Positions 47,521-56,885 of a stretch of 63,890 nucleotides of DNA are shown here, in pieces. Position 1 is the first letter of the stretch, and each line of letters starts with the position of its first letter. Where the stretch lies: positions 1-63,890 of the IMG/VR virus record IMGVR_UViG_3300033182_000816; one strand, written 5' to 3'. Source of the stretch: a virus (taxonomy: Duplodnaviria; Caudoviricetes). The notes beneath the pieces were generated by a model. The model had not been told where the DNA came from, ran no database searches, and saw only the letters and a list, made by a program, of their open reading frames with translations. The position numbers and the translations under genes were made by a program.

Positions 47521-47980
47521 AACAAACACGTTAGAACAATTAACAAACGGAATTGTAAGGCATGGTACTCAAATTATTGAGAACTGTTTAATTTCTGATG
47601 ATTTTAAACAATACGTCGATCGTGTTTATGACGAACATTTAAATTACCCTGTTCCTCCTACTGAAATTGATCACACTCAATGGTATATGCCTGCTGAGTA
47701 TAGAAAAATGGATATCTATGGATTCTTAGAGCAGCAATGTAATACTCAGGAAGAGCGCATTCGTTTAGATCAAGAATATCAAGAATTTGAACGTAGAGAT
47801 CTTGTTCTTCTTCTAAAACAAATGAAATATATAGTAGATACATTGAGAAAAAATAATATTGTTTGGGGTGTAGGCCGCGGATCGAGCGTGGCAAGTTTAG
47901 TTCTTCATTTATTAGGGGTTCACAAGATTAATCCGATTAAATACAATATACCAATTGAAGAATTTTTTAAGGAGATCTAA
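47510..47980 (+). CDS. dnaE: DNA polymerase III alpha (family C) stand-alone fragment
   Basis: R...E...F......YIVD......GVGRGSSVASLVL.LLG...INP.KY. Confidence 0.8.
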   Translation: MWTKTNTLEQLTNGIVRHGTQIIENCLISDDFKQYVDRVYDEHLNYPVPPTEIDHTQWYMPAEYRKMDIYGFLEQQCNTQEERIRLDQEYQEFERRDLVLLLKQMKYIVDTLRKNNIVWGVGRGSSVASLVLHLLGVHKINPIKYNIPIEEFFKEI

Positions 47981-47982
47981 TC

Positions 47983-48201
47983 ATGGTAATTAAAAGTATG
48001 CGAGGCAAAGAGGTTGATATGGAAAAACTCAACCTTAAGAATGAGTTGCTACCTGCTGTTGGAAATATGAAAGTAAATGCTCGAGGTGACGAGTTAGGCC
48101 AAGGTGGCCAGATTGTTAAGACAAGAGAACAAATCTTAGCAGACTATTATAAGAAAAATCCAAAAGTAGCGAAGGAAGAAGTTCCAGCACGTAAAAAGTA
48201 A
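47983..48201 (+). CDS. Hypothetical protein
   Basis: SD AAGGAG; AVGNM.VNARGD.LG.GG. Confidence 0.6.
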   Translation: MVIKSMRGKEVDMEKLNLKNELLPAVGNMKVNARGDELGQGGQIVKTREQILADYYKKNPKVAKEEVPARKK

Positions 48202-48221
48202 AAATTAATTAAGAGGGTAAA

Positions 48222-48629
48222 ATGTATAATCCAATTAAGGCTAAAGTCGTTAGAGCAATTCACGACGATGTGCTAATCACAAATATGCACATGGGCGAAA
48301 TGAAAACTAAAGGTGGTATTATTATTGGTTCAGATGATGGTAAAAATCATGGAGTTAAACCACGTTGGGGTCAGGTATATGCTATTGGCCCTGAGCAAAA
48401 AGACGTTAAAGCAGGAGATTGGATTCTTGTTGAACACGGACGTTGGACCCGTAAATTTCCTGTTGAAATAGACGGGAAAATAATTGAGCTTCAAAAAGTT
48501 GAAGTTAAATCAATTATTGGCTGGCAAGAAGAAGAACCTGATGTAAACTACTTTGGGCAAGAGTACGAAGACGGTGCCGGATATGACATCGATCCTTCAG
48601 TTTTCCTTGATCAAAACCATGGGCTTTAA
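48222..48629 (+). CDS. groES: Co-chaperonin GroES-like
   Basis: KTKGGIII mobile loop, G.V.AIGP, VKAGD.IL. Confidence 0.8.
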   Translation: MYNPIKAKVVRAIHDDVLITNMHMGEMKTKGGIIIGSDDGKNHGVKPRWGQVYAIGPEQKDVKAGDWILVEHGRWTRKFPVEIDGKIIELQKVEVKSIIGWQEEEPDVNYFGQEYEDGAGYDIDPSVFLDQNHGL

Positions 48630-48855
48630 GCAACCAGCAGACGTTTCTCACATCATTAGCGAAATTAGAAGAATAGCGAACGAATGCAGGAGCCCGTATA
48701 ACGACGGTTATATTTCCTTTGGACTTAAGAAAGACCTCTATTTAATAGATCACGTATTAAAAGAGTTAATCAAAGACTGTCCTACTTTTGCAGGAGAAGA
48801 GGAATGGTTGACAGAAATAGAGAAAGAACGTATAATTAACTACTTAAAGAATTAG
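48619..48855 (+). CDS. Hypothetical protein
   Basis: ATG 48619 overlapping the groES end. Confidence 0.55.
   Translation: MGFKQPADVSHIISEIRRIANECRSPYNDGYISFGLKKDLYLIDHVLKELIKDCPTFAGEEEWLTEIEKERIINYLKN
48808..48836 (+). promoter_or_regulatory. sigma70-type promoter inside a coding 3' end
   Basis: Perfect TTGACA-N17-TATAAT. Confidence 0.7.
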
Positions 48856-48864
48856 TAGGTAAAA

Positions 48865-49647
48865 ATGCAAATTGGTATTATTGGTTATGGCTATGTTGGG
48901 TCAGCAGTTTCATGGGCGCATAACAACGACGAGTTACTTATAAATGACCCATCTTTAAAAGAAAGCACACCTTTAGAAAAGTTTGTCTCTTGTGATGCTG
49001 TATTCATTTGTGTTCCGTCTCCAAGTACAGATGACGGGCACTGTGATACTTCTATTTTAGAAGACGTTCTTAGCAAACTGGAGGTTCATGAAAGTGTTCC
49101 GCTAATTTCAAAAGTTACGGCTCCGCCCAACATTTATGAAAAGTTACAAGAACAATATCCTAACTTAGTACACGCACCTGAGTTTCTTACAGCAAAAAAC
49201 AGCGTAAAGGATTATATGTCTCCACACTTAATTGTAGTAGGTGGACATGAAACATTTGCTGATGCTGCTTCTAACATTATTGCATCGGCGGTTGATACAT
49301 CGAGAGCAGAAATATTAATTACGGATATAAAATCTGCTGCTCTTTTCAAATATATGATGAACAGTTATCTTGCCACTAAGGTAACATTTATGAATGATTT
49401 TTTTAATTTGGCACAGGCAGAAAATATAGATTGGAAAGAAATCTGCGACATTGCGCAATTTGATAAAAGGATCGGTTCCTCTCATATGGGTGTACCAGGA
49501 AATAACGGAGAATTTGGTTGGGCAGGTGCTTGCTTTCCTAAAGATATCGATGCTATAATAAACTATGCTAAAGACAAAAATATATCATTTGACTTTTTAA
49601 AAAGTGTCAAAGAAGTCAACAAGAAACACAGGAGTAAAAATAAATGA
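48865..49647 (+). CDS. ugd: UDP-glucose/GDP-mannose dehydrogenase family (short form)
   Basis: GYGYVG, FICVP.P, PEFL, K...N..LA.K..F.N, D.RIG, G.CFPKD; lacks the C-terminal domain. Confidence 0.85.
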   Translation: MQIGIIGYGYVGSAVSWAHNNDELLINDPSLKESTPLEKFVSCDAVFICVPSPSTDDGHCDTSILEDVLSKLEVHESVPLISKVTAPPNIYEKLQEQYPNLVHAPEFLTAKNSVKDYMSPHLIVVGGHETFADAASNIIASAVDTSRAEILITDIKSAALFKYMMNSYLATKVTFMNDFFNLAQAENIDWKEICDIAQFDKRIGSSHMGVPGNNGEFGWAGACFPKDIDAIINYAKDKNISFDFLKSVKEVNKKHRSKNK

Positions 49648-50018
49648 CGAATCCGTTCGCTGATCAACAAGATTTTATGAATGCTTGCGAGCAAAGTACA
49701 ATTAAACTTAACAATGAACAATACAGCCTATACCTTGATCTAATTCGAGAAGAGGTTGAAGAACTTGAACTGGCTCTTATTGGCGACAACCGAGTAGAAC
49801 AGCTCGATGCACTTATTGACATTCTCGTTGTTACAATTGGCGCTATTCATTCAGCAGGGTTTGACGGCGAAGGTGCGTGGAACGAAGTAATGAAAACAAA
49901 CTTTGCTAAAATTGATCCTGAAACAGGAAAAGTACGCAAACGTGAAGATGGAAAAGTGCTTAAACCGGAAGGGTGGAAGGCACCGGAACTTGAGAAATTT
50001 TTATTAAAATCAAAATAA
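49644..50018 (+). CDS. MazG-like / PRA-PH nucleotide pyrophosphohydrolase
   Basis: LI.EE..E, DAL.D..VV, EV...N..K, REDGKVLKP. Confidence 0.85.
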   Translation: MTNPFADQQDFMNACEQSTIKLNNEQYSLYLDLIREEVEELELALIGDNRVEQLDALIDILVVTIGAIHSAGFDGEGAWNEVMKTNFAKIDPETGKVRKREDGKVLKPEGWKAPELEKFLLKSK

Positions 50019-50028
50019 AGGAGAGATA

Positions 50029-50217
50029 GTGAGCATCGTAAATTCAAAGCAGGCAGTTGCGTGTATGCATGACATTGCACGTTACGTAGAACATCATATA
50101 GGCAGTGGCTCGTTATCATCAGATATTCGCCAAGTGGCGGATAGGCTACACGAAGTATCTACAAAAGAACTTCGTAAACCAGTTCCAACAGCAGCAAGTT
50201 TAAAGGCAAAACAATGA
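50029..50217 (+). CDS. Hypothetical protein
   Basis: SD AAGGAG, GTG start. Confidence 0.55.
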   Translation: MSIVNSKQAVACMHDIARYVEHHIGSGSLSSDIRQVADRLHEVSTKELRKPVPTAASLKAKQ

Positions 50218-51131
50218 AAGAGTTATGGGTAGAAAAACACCGTCCTAAGACACTCGACGGTTACGTGTTTAGAGATTTAGCACAAAAGAAACAAATTGAA
50301 GGTTGGGTCAAAGACAAAAGTATCCCACATCTGTTATTGAGTGGTAGTGCAGGTCTTGGTAAAACAACTCTTGCTAAAATCCTTGTTAACGAACTTGAAA
50401 TCCAAGAACACGATGTATTAGAAATCAATGCATCGCGTACAAACTCAGTAGACGATGTTCGTGACAAGATTACTAACTTTGTACAAATGATTAGTTGGGG
50501 ATCACCATTTAAGGTTGTGCTACTCGACGAGGCTGATTATTTGTCGCCAAACGCACAGGCTGCATTACGTGGGGTTATGGAAGAATACCATGCGACTTCA
50601 CGTTTTATTCTAACGTGTAACTATCCTAATAGAATTATTCCAGCGATCCATTCACGTTGTCAAGGTTTCCACGTAGAGAAACCAGATATGGGTGAATTTG
50701 TAACTCGTGTAGCAAGTGTATTAGCGCAAGAAGAAGTAAGTTTCAAAGACGAAGATTTGTTAACTTACATTGAAGTAACCTATCCAGATCTACGTAAGTG
50801 TCTTAATATGGTTCAACAAAATGTACACGACAACCAATTAGATCCTCCTCACAAAGGAGACGCAGGTGAGGCTGATTGGAAGTTTGAAATGGTTGAACTG
50901 TTTAAGGCAGGTAAGATTCAAGAAGCACGTAAGATGCTTTGTGGAAAGATTCGTGCAGAAGAAATGGAAGATGTGTATCGTTGGCTGTATGATCATTTAG
51001 AAATTTTTGGAAGTGAGGATCAACAAGATAAAGCGGTGCTAATTATTAAGCAAGGATTAGTAGATCATACGCTTGTTGTAGATCCAGAGATTAACTTAGC
51101 CGCAGTATTAATTAAATTAGGAAGGTTATAA
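50214..51131 (+). CDS. Sliding-clamp loader AAA+ subunit (RFC small / T4 gp44-like)
   Basis: WVEKHRP, GSAGLGKTT, EINAS, LLDEAD, AQAALR, SRC. Confidence 0.93.
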   Translation: MKELWVEKHRPKTLDGYVFRDLAQKKQIEGWVKDKSIPHLLLSGSAGLGKTTLAKILVNELEIQEHDVLEINASRTNSVDDVRDKITNFVQMISWGSPFKVVLLDEADYLSPNAQAALRGVMEEYHATSRFILTCNYPNRIIPAIHSRCQGFHVEKPDMGEFVTRVASVLAQEEVSFKDEDLLTYIEVTYPDLRKCLNMVQQNVHDNQLDPPHKGDAGEADWKFEMVELFKAGKIQEARKMLCGKIRAEEMEDVYRWLYDHLEIFGSEDQQDKAVLIIKQGLVDHTLVVDPEINLAAVLIKLGRL

Positions 51132-51460
51132 TGGCATACGTAGTAGATGATAAATGTATTAACTGCAAACACTCAACCTGTGTATCGGTTTGTCCTGTAG
51201 ATTGTTTCTTTGAAGGAGTTAACATGATTGTTATTCACCCCGAAGAGTGTATTGACTGCGGAGTATGTGTTCCGGAATGTCCAGAAGATGCTATCTATAA
51301 AACAGACGACAAAGACGATAAATGGTATAAACACAACCTATACTTTGCAGAAATTTGGCCTAACATCACTGAAGAAAAAGATCCATTGCCAGATTACGAA
51401 AAATGGTCAATGTACAACGGTGATAAAACAGAATTCTTTAAAAAGGATGCTGCTGAGTGA
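51131..51460 (+). CDS. fdxA: 7Fe ferredoxin (FdxA-type)
   Basis: MAYVV...CI.CK...CV.VCPVDCF, CIDCGVC.PECP..AI, WPNIT. Confidence 0.9.
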   Translation: MAYVVDDKCINCKHSTCVSVCPVDCFFEGVNMIVIHPEECIDCGVCVPECPEDAIYKTDDKDDKWYKHNLYFAEIWPNITEEKDPLPDYEKWSMYNGDKTEFFKKDAAE

Positions 51461-51873
51461 AGCAGAAGTTTATAGATGCTTATATGGACGTTGCTGAACG
51501 TTTCGCACAACTAAGTTCAGCAAAGCGTTTGAAGGTTGGGGCGATTGTTGTAAAGGATGATCGCATCATCTCCATTGGCTACAATGGTATGCCAAGTGGT
51601 TGGGATAATTGTTGCGAAGATGAAAACAATAAATCAAAGCCAGAGGTACTTCACGCAGAAGCGAATGCATTGATGAAACTTGCAGGTAGTCACGAAAGCG
51701 GAAAAGACGCTACCTTGTTCTGCACACACTTGCCTTGTATAGACTGTGCAAAACTTATATATCAAAGTGGTATTACCACTGTGTACTACAAAAACGACTA
51801 TCGCAGTACACAGGGTGTAGAATTTTTACAAAAATCAAATATTGAAGTTAAAAAGTTAGGTAACAAGGAATGA
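51457..51873 (+). CDS. dCMP deaminase
   Basis: VGA.VV, GYNG.P, HAEANA, PCIDC. Confidence 0.93.
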   Translation: MKQKFIDAYMDVAERFAQLSSAKRLKVGAIVVKDDRIISIGYNGMPSGWDNCCEDENNKSKPEVLHAEANALMKLAGSHESGKDATLFCTHLPCIDCAKLIYQSGITTVYYKNDYRSTQGVEFLQKSNIEVKKLGNKE

Positions 51874-52109
51874 ATAATAGATATATGTTTGTAACATACG
51901 TCCCGGATAAAGAAGGAACGTTTAGTGAACTGACAGAGTTTCGTCCCCAAGCAAAAGGGCATCACAAAAAGAATGCTCAGATTGTATTAGACTTTAAGAA
52001 AAAAAGAGTAATAAAGAACACTATCAATCCAGATGCTGGATTTCAAGACCTTGTAAATTATTATCATAAGGTATTAGGGGATCACTTGACCCCCTATCTA
52101 CCAAAATAA
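51870..52109 (+). CDS. Hypothetical protein
   Basis: ATGA coupling, SD AAGGA. Confidence 0.55.
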   Translation: MNNRYMFVTYVPDKEGTFSELTEFRPQAKGHHKKNAQIVLDFKKKRVIKNTINPDAGFQDLVNYYHKVLGDHLTPYLPK

Positions 52110-52110
52110 G

Positions 52111-52821
52111 TTAATCTTCTCCGTAAATTGACAATATCTCCTTAACTGCTTCATGACGTTCAACATCTTTTGCTGTGAACTCGCACATATCTACATAACG
52201 ATGATTTTGGAAGTTGTTATACAATTGAAGGAATTCTAATAGTCCGTTGTTTGTCGGTCGGTCAGCCTGCTGTAGATCACCGGTGACGACCATCTTAGAT
52301 CCTTCTCCTATCCTGGTTAGTAGCATTTTCATTTGACTTGGAGTCGCATTTTGCATTTCGTCGGCAACAATAACTGCCTTTTTAAACGTTCTGCCTCGCA
52401 TATATGCTAAAGGACTTGTTTCGATGTAGCCCTCCCTTACTAACCTTTCTACTTCTTTAGCATGAAAATTTTCTGCGAATACATCAAATATCGGCCGAGT
52501 CCAAGGCTCCATTTTTTCCTGTAATGTTCCAGGTAAGAACCCATGTTGTTCGTCGACTGATACAGCAGGGCGTGTGACTACAATCCTATCTACAAATCCT
52601 GATTTAAACTCATTGATTGCCCATTGAACTGCCAGCATGGTTTTACCCGTACCAGCAGGGCCTATCGCAAAGACGATGTGTTTTTGCTCTTCATTAAGTT
52701 TTAAAAGGTAATCTTCTTGGCTCCTGTTTCGAGGAATTAGTTGAATTCTTTTTGATCTGTGATGATTAATTTCGTACACGTTATCCGCTTGTGCTTGCTT
52801 TTTTCGCTTCATATAGGACAT
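52111..52821 (-). CDS. phoH: PhoH-family ATPase
   Basis: GPAGTGKT, TRP, GFLPG, YMRGRTF, DEMQN, LTRIG, TGD..Q.D. Confidence 0.95.
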   Translation of the reverse strand: MSYMKRKKQAQADNVYEINHHRSKRIQLIPRNRSQEDYLLKLNEEQKHIVFAIGPAGTGKTMLAVQWAINEFKSGFVDRIVVTRPAVSVDEQHGFLPGTLQEKMEPWTRPIFDVFAENFHAKEVERLVREGYIETSPLAYMRGRTFKKAVIVADEMQNATPSQMKMLLTRIGEGSKMVVTGDLQQADRPTNNGLLEFLQLYNNFQNHRYVDMCEFTAKDVERHEAVKEILSIYGED

Positions 52822-52843
52822 TGCTCCTTTGTTGATTATAAAG

Positions 52844-52882
52844 GTGTTCTATATCCGAGCATCGTGCTCGGACTCCGAACAC
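52844..52882 (-). other. Stem-loop in the phoH 5' leader
   Basis: TCCGAGCA-tcg-TGCTCGGA (52854-52872) flanked by GTGTTC/GAACAC. Confidence 0.5.
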
Positions 52883-52958
52883 AAAAGTATTTAACCCAGG
52901 ACAGCGAAAAATATAGTGTTATATAATAATTTTACATAAATACTATTGGAGATTATTA

Positions 52959-53501
52959 ATGGCAGCAACTATCAAAGATATTATCAAAAACATCGAACAA
53001 GTGTACGGTTCAAATAACAGTCTTTCAATGTTACAAGATTTTGAACGTGTGATCGACGAATTAGACGTATATGTCTACGATAACTGGATTGACGGCGAAT
53101 TAGTATCGGGACCAAAAGAATCTCGCTATTTCATTGAATGCACATTTATGTGGCCAAAAGACAAGATGCCTGAGCCAAAGGGCGGTCAGCGGTTGCTTGA
53201 ATATAATTGCAAAGTACAATACGCTGAACAGACACTTGCTAAAGTTAGGAAGATTAAAACTCCGGATGATATTCGTCCAGGTACTAAGAAAGGCAAGATC
53301 GATGTTGAAGATGTCTGGATGGTTAAGATTCAAATGCCAAAACGTTTAATTCAAAATATTCAGCGAGGATACAATGAATTAGATAAAAATAAAGTTGAAG
53401 ATATTCTTACATCAGTTGCTGTTAATCCGCAGCAACTTGATCAAGCATCAGAACTACAAGCAGCAGCAGAAGGAGGCGCAGATGAGCAACCAGCCGCTTA
53501 A
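52959..53501 (+). CDS. Conserved hypothetical phage protein (late)
   Basis: TAAATA and SD upstream; DFERV.DE...Y...NW..GELV.GP. Confidence 0.65.
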   Translation: MAATIKDIIKNIEQVYGSNNSLSMLQDFERVIDELDVYVYDNWIDGELVSGPKESRYFIECTFMWPKDKMPEPKGGQRLLEYNCKVQYAEQTLAKVRKIKTPDDIRPGTKKGKIDVEDVWMVKIQMPKRLIQNIQRGYNELDKNKVEDILTSVAVNPQQLDQASELQAAAEGGADEQPAA

Positions 53502-54222
53502 TGAAGGTCTAAGAGCAGACGATCTTAAAGATAACATTTACCCTATGTTCGAAGTTGATACATTTCGTTCTAAGATGGGTGAAGATCAAGATGTATGCGT
53601 ATTAACATTCCAAGCAAAAGATAGATATCCTGCAAGAGATATGATGGAATTTGTAGAGAAAGGTTATCCTTTTGTCTTAGATGCAGACGTTAGTGCTGGT
53701 GAAAATGACAAAGGCGAGTATGCTATTTTTGTTGAGATCGAACGAAATGAAAATATTGCAGAAAACATTGAAGAATTAACATACGGGTTGTCTAAACTCA
53801 CAGGCATACACGATTGGGAATTCAAGTACTATAAAGGAAACAGAACCTACGAAGCGTCTGGAGACAACCTTCGGGAGGTTATTCCGTCAAACAAATTAGC
53901 CTATAACGAGGCAGTTAATAAAGTAAAAACAGAAAATGTTAAGTCGTTCTTTACTAAAACGTTAATGGATGATCTAACGTTAGACGGAAATATAATTACT
54001 ATTCGTAAACCATTTGGAGTGACAGTACAGCTCGAAATGGTTAGTGAAGATGATCCGCAGTCTATATTAGAAAATACTGAAGATACAACAACTGTAGATC
54101 ATAATTCTGTCAGTGAAGTGTTTTGGTTAACAAAGGTGTTAGGCGACTACAGCATTGACAAACTCGGCGAGAACTTCATGTTTGTAAATGGAGATCGCGC
54201 CATGCTATTAAAGAGGGTATAA
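53482..54222 (+). CDS. Conserved hypothetical phage protein
   Basis: SD GGAGG, ATG 53482; LNEGL....L, SKMG.D, F.EKGY.FVLDADVS.GE. Confidence 0.65.
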   Translation: MSNQPLNEGLRADDLKDNIYPMFEVDTFRSKMGEDQDVCVLTFQAKDRYPARDMMEFVEKGYPFVLDADVSAGENDKGEYAIFVEIERNENIAENIEELTYGLSKLTGIHDWEFKYYKGNRTYEASGDNLREVIPSNKLAYNEAVNKVKTENVKSFFTKTLMDDLTLDGNIITIRKPFGVTVQLEMVSEDDPQSILENTEDTTTVDHNSVSEVFWLTKVLGDYSIDKLGENFMFVNGDRAMLLKRV

Positions 54223-54226
54223 CAAA

Positions 54227-54739
54227 ATGGCACAAGAAAACTTCGATCGCTGTTTAGCGATCATCCTTCATCACGAAGGCGGTTATGTAAATCATCCTAA
54301 AGACCCAGGCGGCGAAACTAACCTGGGTGTAACTAAACGTGTATACGAAGAATGGGGTGGTACTAAAGATATGCGTGATTTAACAGAAGAAGATGTGGCG
54401 CCAATCTACAAGAAAAATTATTGGGATCGAGTAAAGGGCGACGATCTTCCAAGTGGCTTAGACTTAGCAGTTTTTGACTGGGCAGTTAACAGTGGTACAG
54501 GTCGTGCTGCTAAGAAACTACAGTCTATGATTGGTACTGTTGCTGACGGCGGTATTGGTCCTAACACATTACGCATCTTAGGCGAATACATCGACGAACA
54601 CGGTGTTGAACAAACTATTCGCAACTATCAAGAAGTACGTCAAGCGTTTTACGAATCGCTAAGTACTTTTGAAACATTTGGTAGAGGTTGGACCCGACGC
54701 AATGAAGAGACAGCAGAAACCGCAATTGAGATGAGTTAA
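54227..54739 (+). CDS. Endolysin, glycoside hydrolase family 108 with PG-binding domain
   Basis: HEGGYVNHP.DPGGETN.GVT, FD.AVNSG, DG.IGP.T, F.RGW..R. Confidence 0.93.
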   Translation: MAQENFDRCLAIILHHEGGYVNHPKDPGGETNLGVTKRVYEEWGGTKDMRDLTEEDVAPIYKKNYWDRVKGDDLPSGLDLAVFDWAVNSGTGRAAKKLQSMIGTVADGGIGPNTLRILGEYIDEHGVEQTIRNYQEVRQAFYESLSTFETFGRGWTRRNEETAETAIEMS

Positions 54740-55218
54740 TGTTTAGTTCAGTTAGAATTGTAATGATTGTTGTTATGTTAGGTGGCCTTACAGGCGGGGC
54801 TGCCTACATATATAAACTCAAAGCAGACAATGAAGTGCTTAAGGCAAACAATGCTAAACTTGAAAATGGCATTGCTGAACAGAAAGCAGTCATTGAACAG
54901 CAAATGAAAGACTTCAAAGCAATCACTGCGGCTAACGATGAACTAAGAGCATTAAACAGCACACTCAAAAAAGAGTTTGAATTTTTAGATAAACGTTTCA
55001 ACAAGGACGGTAGAGACATTGGCAACTTAGCAGTCAAGAGACCAGATTCCATCCAACGTATTATTACAGGTGGTAGTAAAAATGCTATGCGTTGTGTAGA
55101 GATTGCTATGGGCAGTCCTTTAACAGAAAAGGAAAAAACTGCTACAAAGAAAAGTGAAATCAACACAGAATGCCCAAGTTTAGCAAATCCATCATATAAG
55201 GCGTATAACAATGAATAA
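54739..55218 (+). CDS. Putative i-spanin
   Basis: N-terminal TM helix then coiled coil; follows the endolysin. Confidence 0.65.
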   Translation: MFSSVRIVMIVVMLGGLTGGAAYIYKLKADNEVLKANNAKLENGIAEQKAVIEQQMKDFKAITAANDELRALNSTLKKEFEFLDKRFNKDGRDIGNLAVKRPDSIQRIITGGSKNAMRCVEIAMGSPLTEKEKTATKKSEINTECPSLANPSYKAYNNE

Positions 55219-55570
55219 GGTTATTATTGTAGCACTATCATTATTATTCCTTTCAGGTTGTTCTACTATCTCCGAACTTGAAATCTTCAAAACTGAAGTA
55301 AAACGCACTCCGCTTAACTTAGCACTTCCAGATACACCTAAAATGGAAGACCTACAATGGCTTGTTATCACAAGTAAAAACGCAGATGAAGTATTTGCTA
55401 AGATGGAAAAAGAAGGCAAAGACCCTGCTGTGTTTGGTTTAAGCGACGAAGACTTCCAATACCTTGCTAAAAACTTTGCTCATATTAGAGCATATATTAT
55501 TCAACAGCAAGAAATCATCAAGCAATACAAAGACTATTACGAGCCTGTGGAGGAGCCCAAAACTGAATAA
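55211..55570 (+). CDS. Putative o-spanin lipoprotein
   Basis: Lipobox LSG/C, Pro-rich segment, overlaps the i-spanin. Confidence 0.65.
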   Translation: MNKVIIVALSLLFLSGCSTISELEIFKTEVKRTPLNLALPDTPKMEDLQWLVITSKNADEVFAKMEKEGKDPAVFGLSDEDFQYLAKNFAHIRAYIIQQQEIIKQYKDYYEPVEEPKTE

Positions 55571-55603
55571 ATAATAGTAGTTGTTATTTAAGGAGCGAAA
55601 TAA

Positions 55604-55936
55604 ATGGCAGACGAAGAGATCAAAAAAGCAGGGTTTCATCCTGCAGACACAAATGGCGACGGAGTAGTATCCGACGAAGAAAAAGAAATGTACTTAGAGT
55701 TCAAACGTAAAGAACTCGAAGATGCAGATGCACGTCGCGACGCGATGCGTATGATGACTTGGTTTGCATTATTAGGTATGTTACTATACCCGTTAGCAAT
55801 TCTTATAACCTCATTAATGGGGCAAGAAAAAGCCGCTAACATTATTGGCGACATTGCACCTACTTATTTTGTTGCAATTTCTGCATTGGTAGCAGCATAC
55901 TTTGGTGCTAACGCATACACAGACAAGAAGAAGTAA
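55604..55936 (+). CDS. Two-TM membrane protein (holin candidate) with an N-terminal EF-hand loop
   Basis: DTNGDGVVSDEE loop, two TM helices, basic C-terminus, adjacent to the lysis genes. Confidence 0.55.
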   Translation: MADEEIKKAGFHPADTNGDGVVSDEEKEMYLEFKRKELEDADARRDAMRMMTWFALLGMLLYPLAILITSLMGQEKAANIIGDIAPTYFVAISALVAAYFGANAYTDKKK

Positions 55937-55980
55937 TCACTTATAACATTATCTAATAGTTCATACAGATAAGTATTTGT

Positions 55981-56814
55981 ATGGACTATTATTCTTTACT
56001 TGGCGTTAATAAAGGCGCCACAGCAGACGAGATTAAAAAAGCGTATCGTAAGGCTTCTATGAAGTATCACCCCGATCGCGGCGGTGATGAGGCGCAATTC
56101 AAAAAAGTTAACGAAGCATACGATACTCTAAGCGATCCACAGAAAAAACAAATATATGATATGGGCGGCAATCCGAATCAGCAAGGCGGGTTTGGAGGAA
56201 ACGGGCACGGCGGAGATCCGTTTGAGTTTCATTTTAACTCAGGCAATTTTGATGACATTTTTGGAGGGTTTGGGTTTGGCCGCAGACAAGCACGAAACAA
56301 AAGTGTTAACATTGTAGTAACCGTTACCTTAGAAGATTTAATATTTGGTAAGCAAGTTCACGCTGAAGTATCAATGCCTGGCAACAAGAGAAAATTAGTA
56401 ACAATTGATATTCCAAAAGGAATCGATGACGGACAACACATACGGTATAGAGGCATGGGCGACGACACTATACCTAACGTTCCGCCAGGAGATTTAATTG
56501 TTAACATTAGAGTCGCGCCGCATCCACTGTACAAACGCACAGGAAATGATCTATTCTCTGAAAGAGAAGTTAGCATTTGGGATTGCATCTTAGGTAGTAG
56601 CATAGATATTTTAACTGTTGACAGACGAAGTTTAAATATCAGTATACCTGCTGGATGTCAGCCCGGAACTGTATTACGTGTTACAGGAGAAGGAATCCCA
56701 AATGTTCGATCAGGAAAACGTGGTAACCTTTTGATAAAAATTAAAACGTCTGTTCCAAAGAACCTAACAGAAGAACAAAAAAGAATTATCAAGAATTTAA
56801 AAGATAGCCTTTAA
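55981..56814 (+). CDS. dnaJ: DnaJ-class (type II) co-chaperone
   Basis: J domain with HPD, G/F-rich linker, C-terminal domains; no zinc finger. Confidence 0.92.
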   Translation: MDYYSLLGVNKGATADEIKKAYRKASMKYHPDRGGDEAQFKKVNEAYDTLSDPQKKQIYDMGGNPNQQGGFGGNGHGGDPFEFHFNSGNFDDIFGGFGFGRRQARNKSVNIVVTVTLEDLIFGKQVHAEVSMPGNKRKLVTIDIPKGIDDGQHIRYRGMGDDTIPNVPPGDLIVNIRVAPHPLYKRTGNDLFSEREVSIWDCILGSSIDILTVDRRSLNISIPAGCQPGTVLRVTGEGIPNVRSGKRGNLLIKIKTSVPKNLTEEQKRIIKNLKDSL

Positions 56815-56830
56815 TTGGCAGCATACTATA

Positions 56831-56859
56831 TTGACTTTTTAAATATAAAATAGTACAAT
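56831..56859 (+). promoter_or_regulatory. sigma70-type promoter
   Basis: TTGACT-N17-TACAAT. Confidence 0.6.
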
Positions 56860-56885
56860 ATATAAAAATAAATGAGGAATACTTA

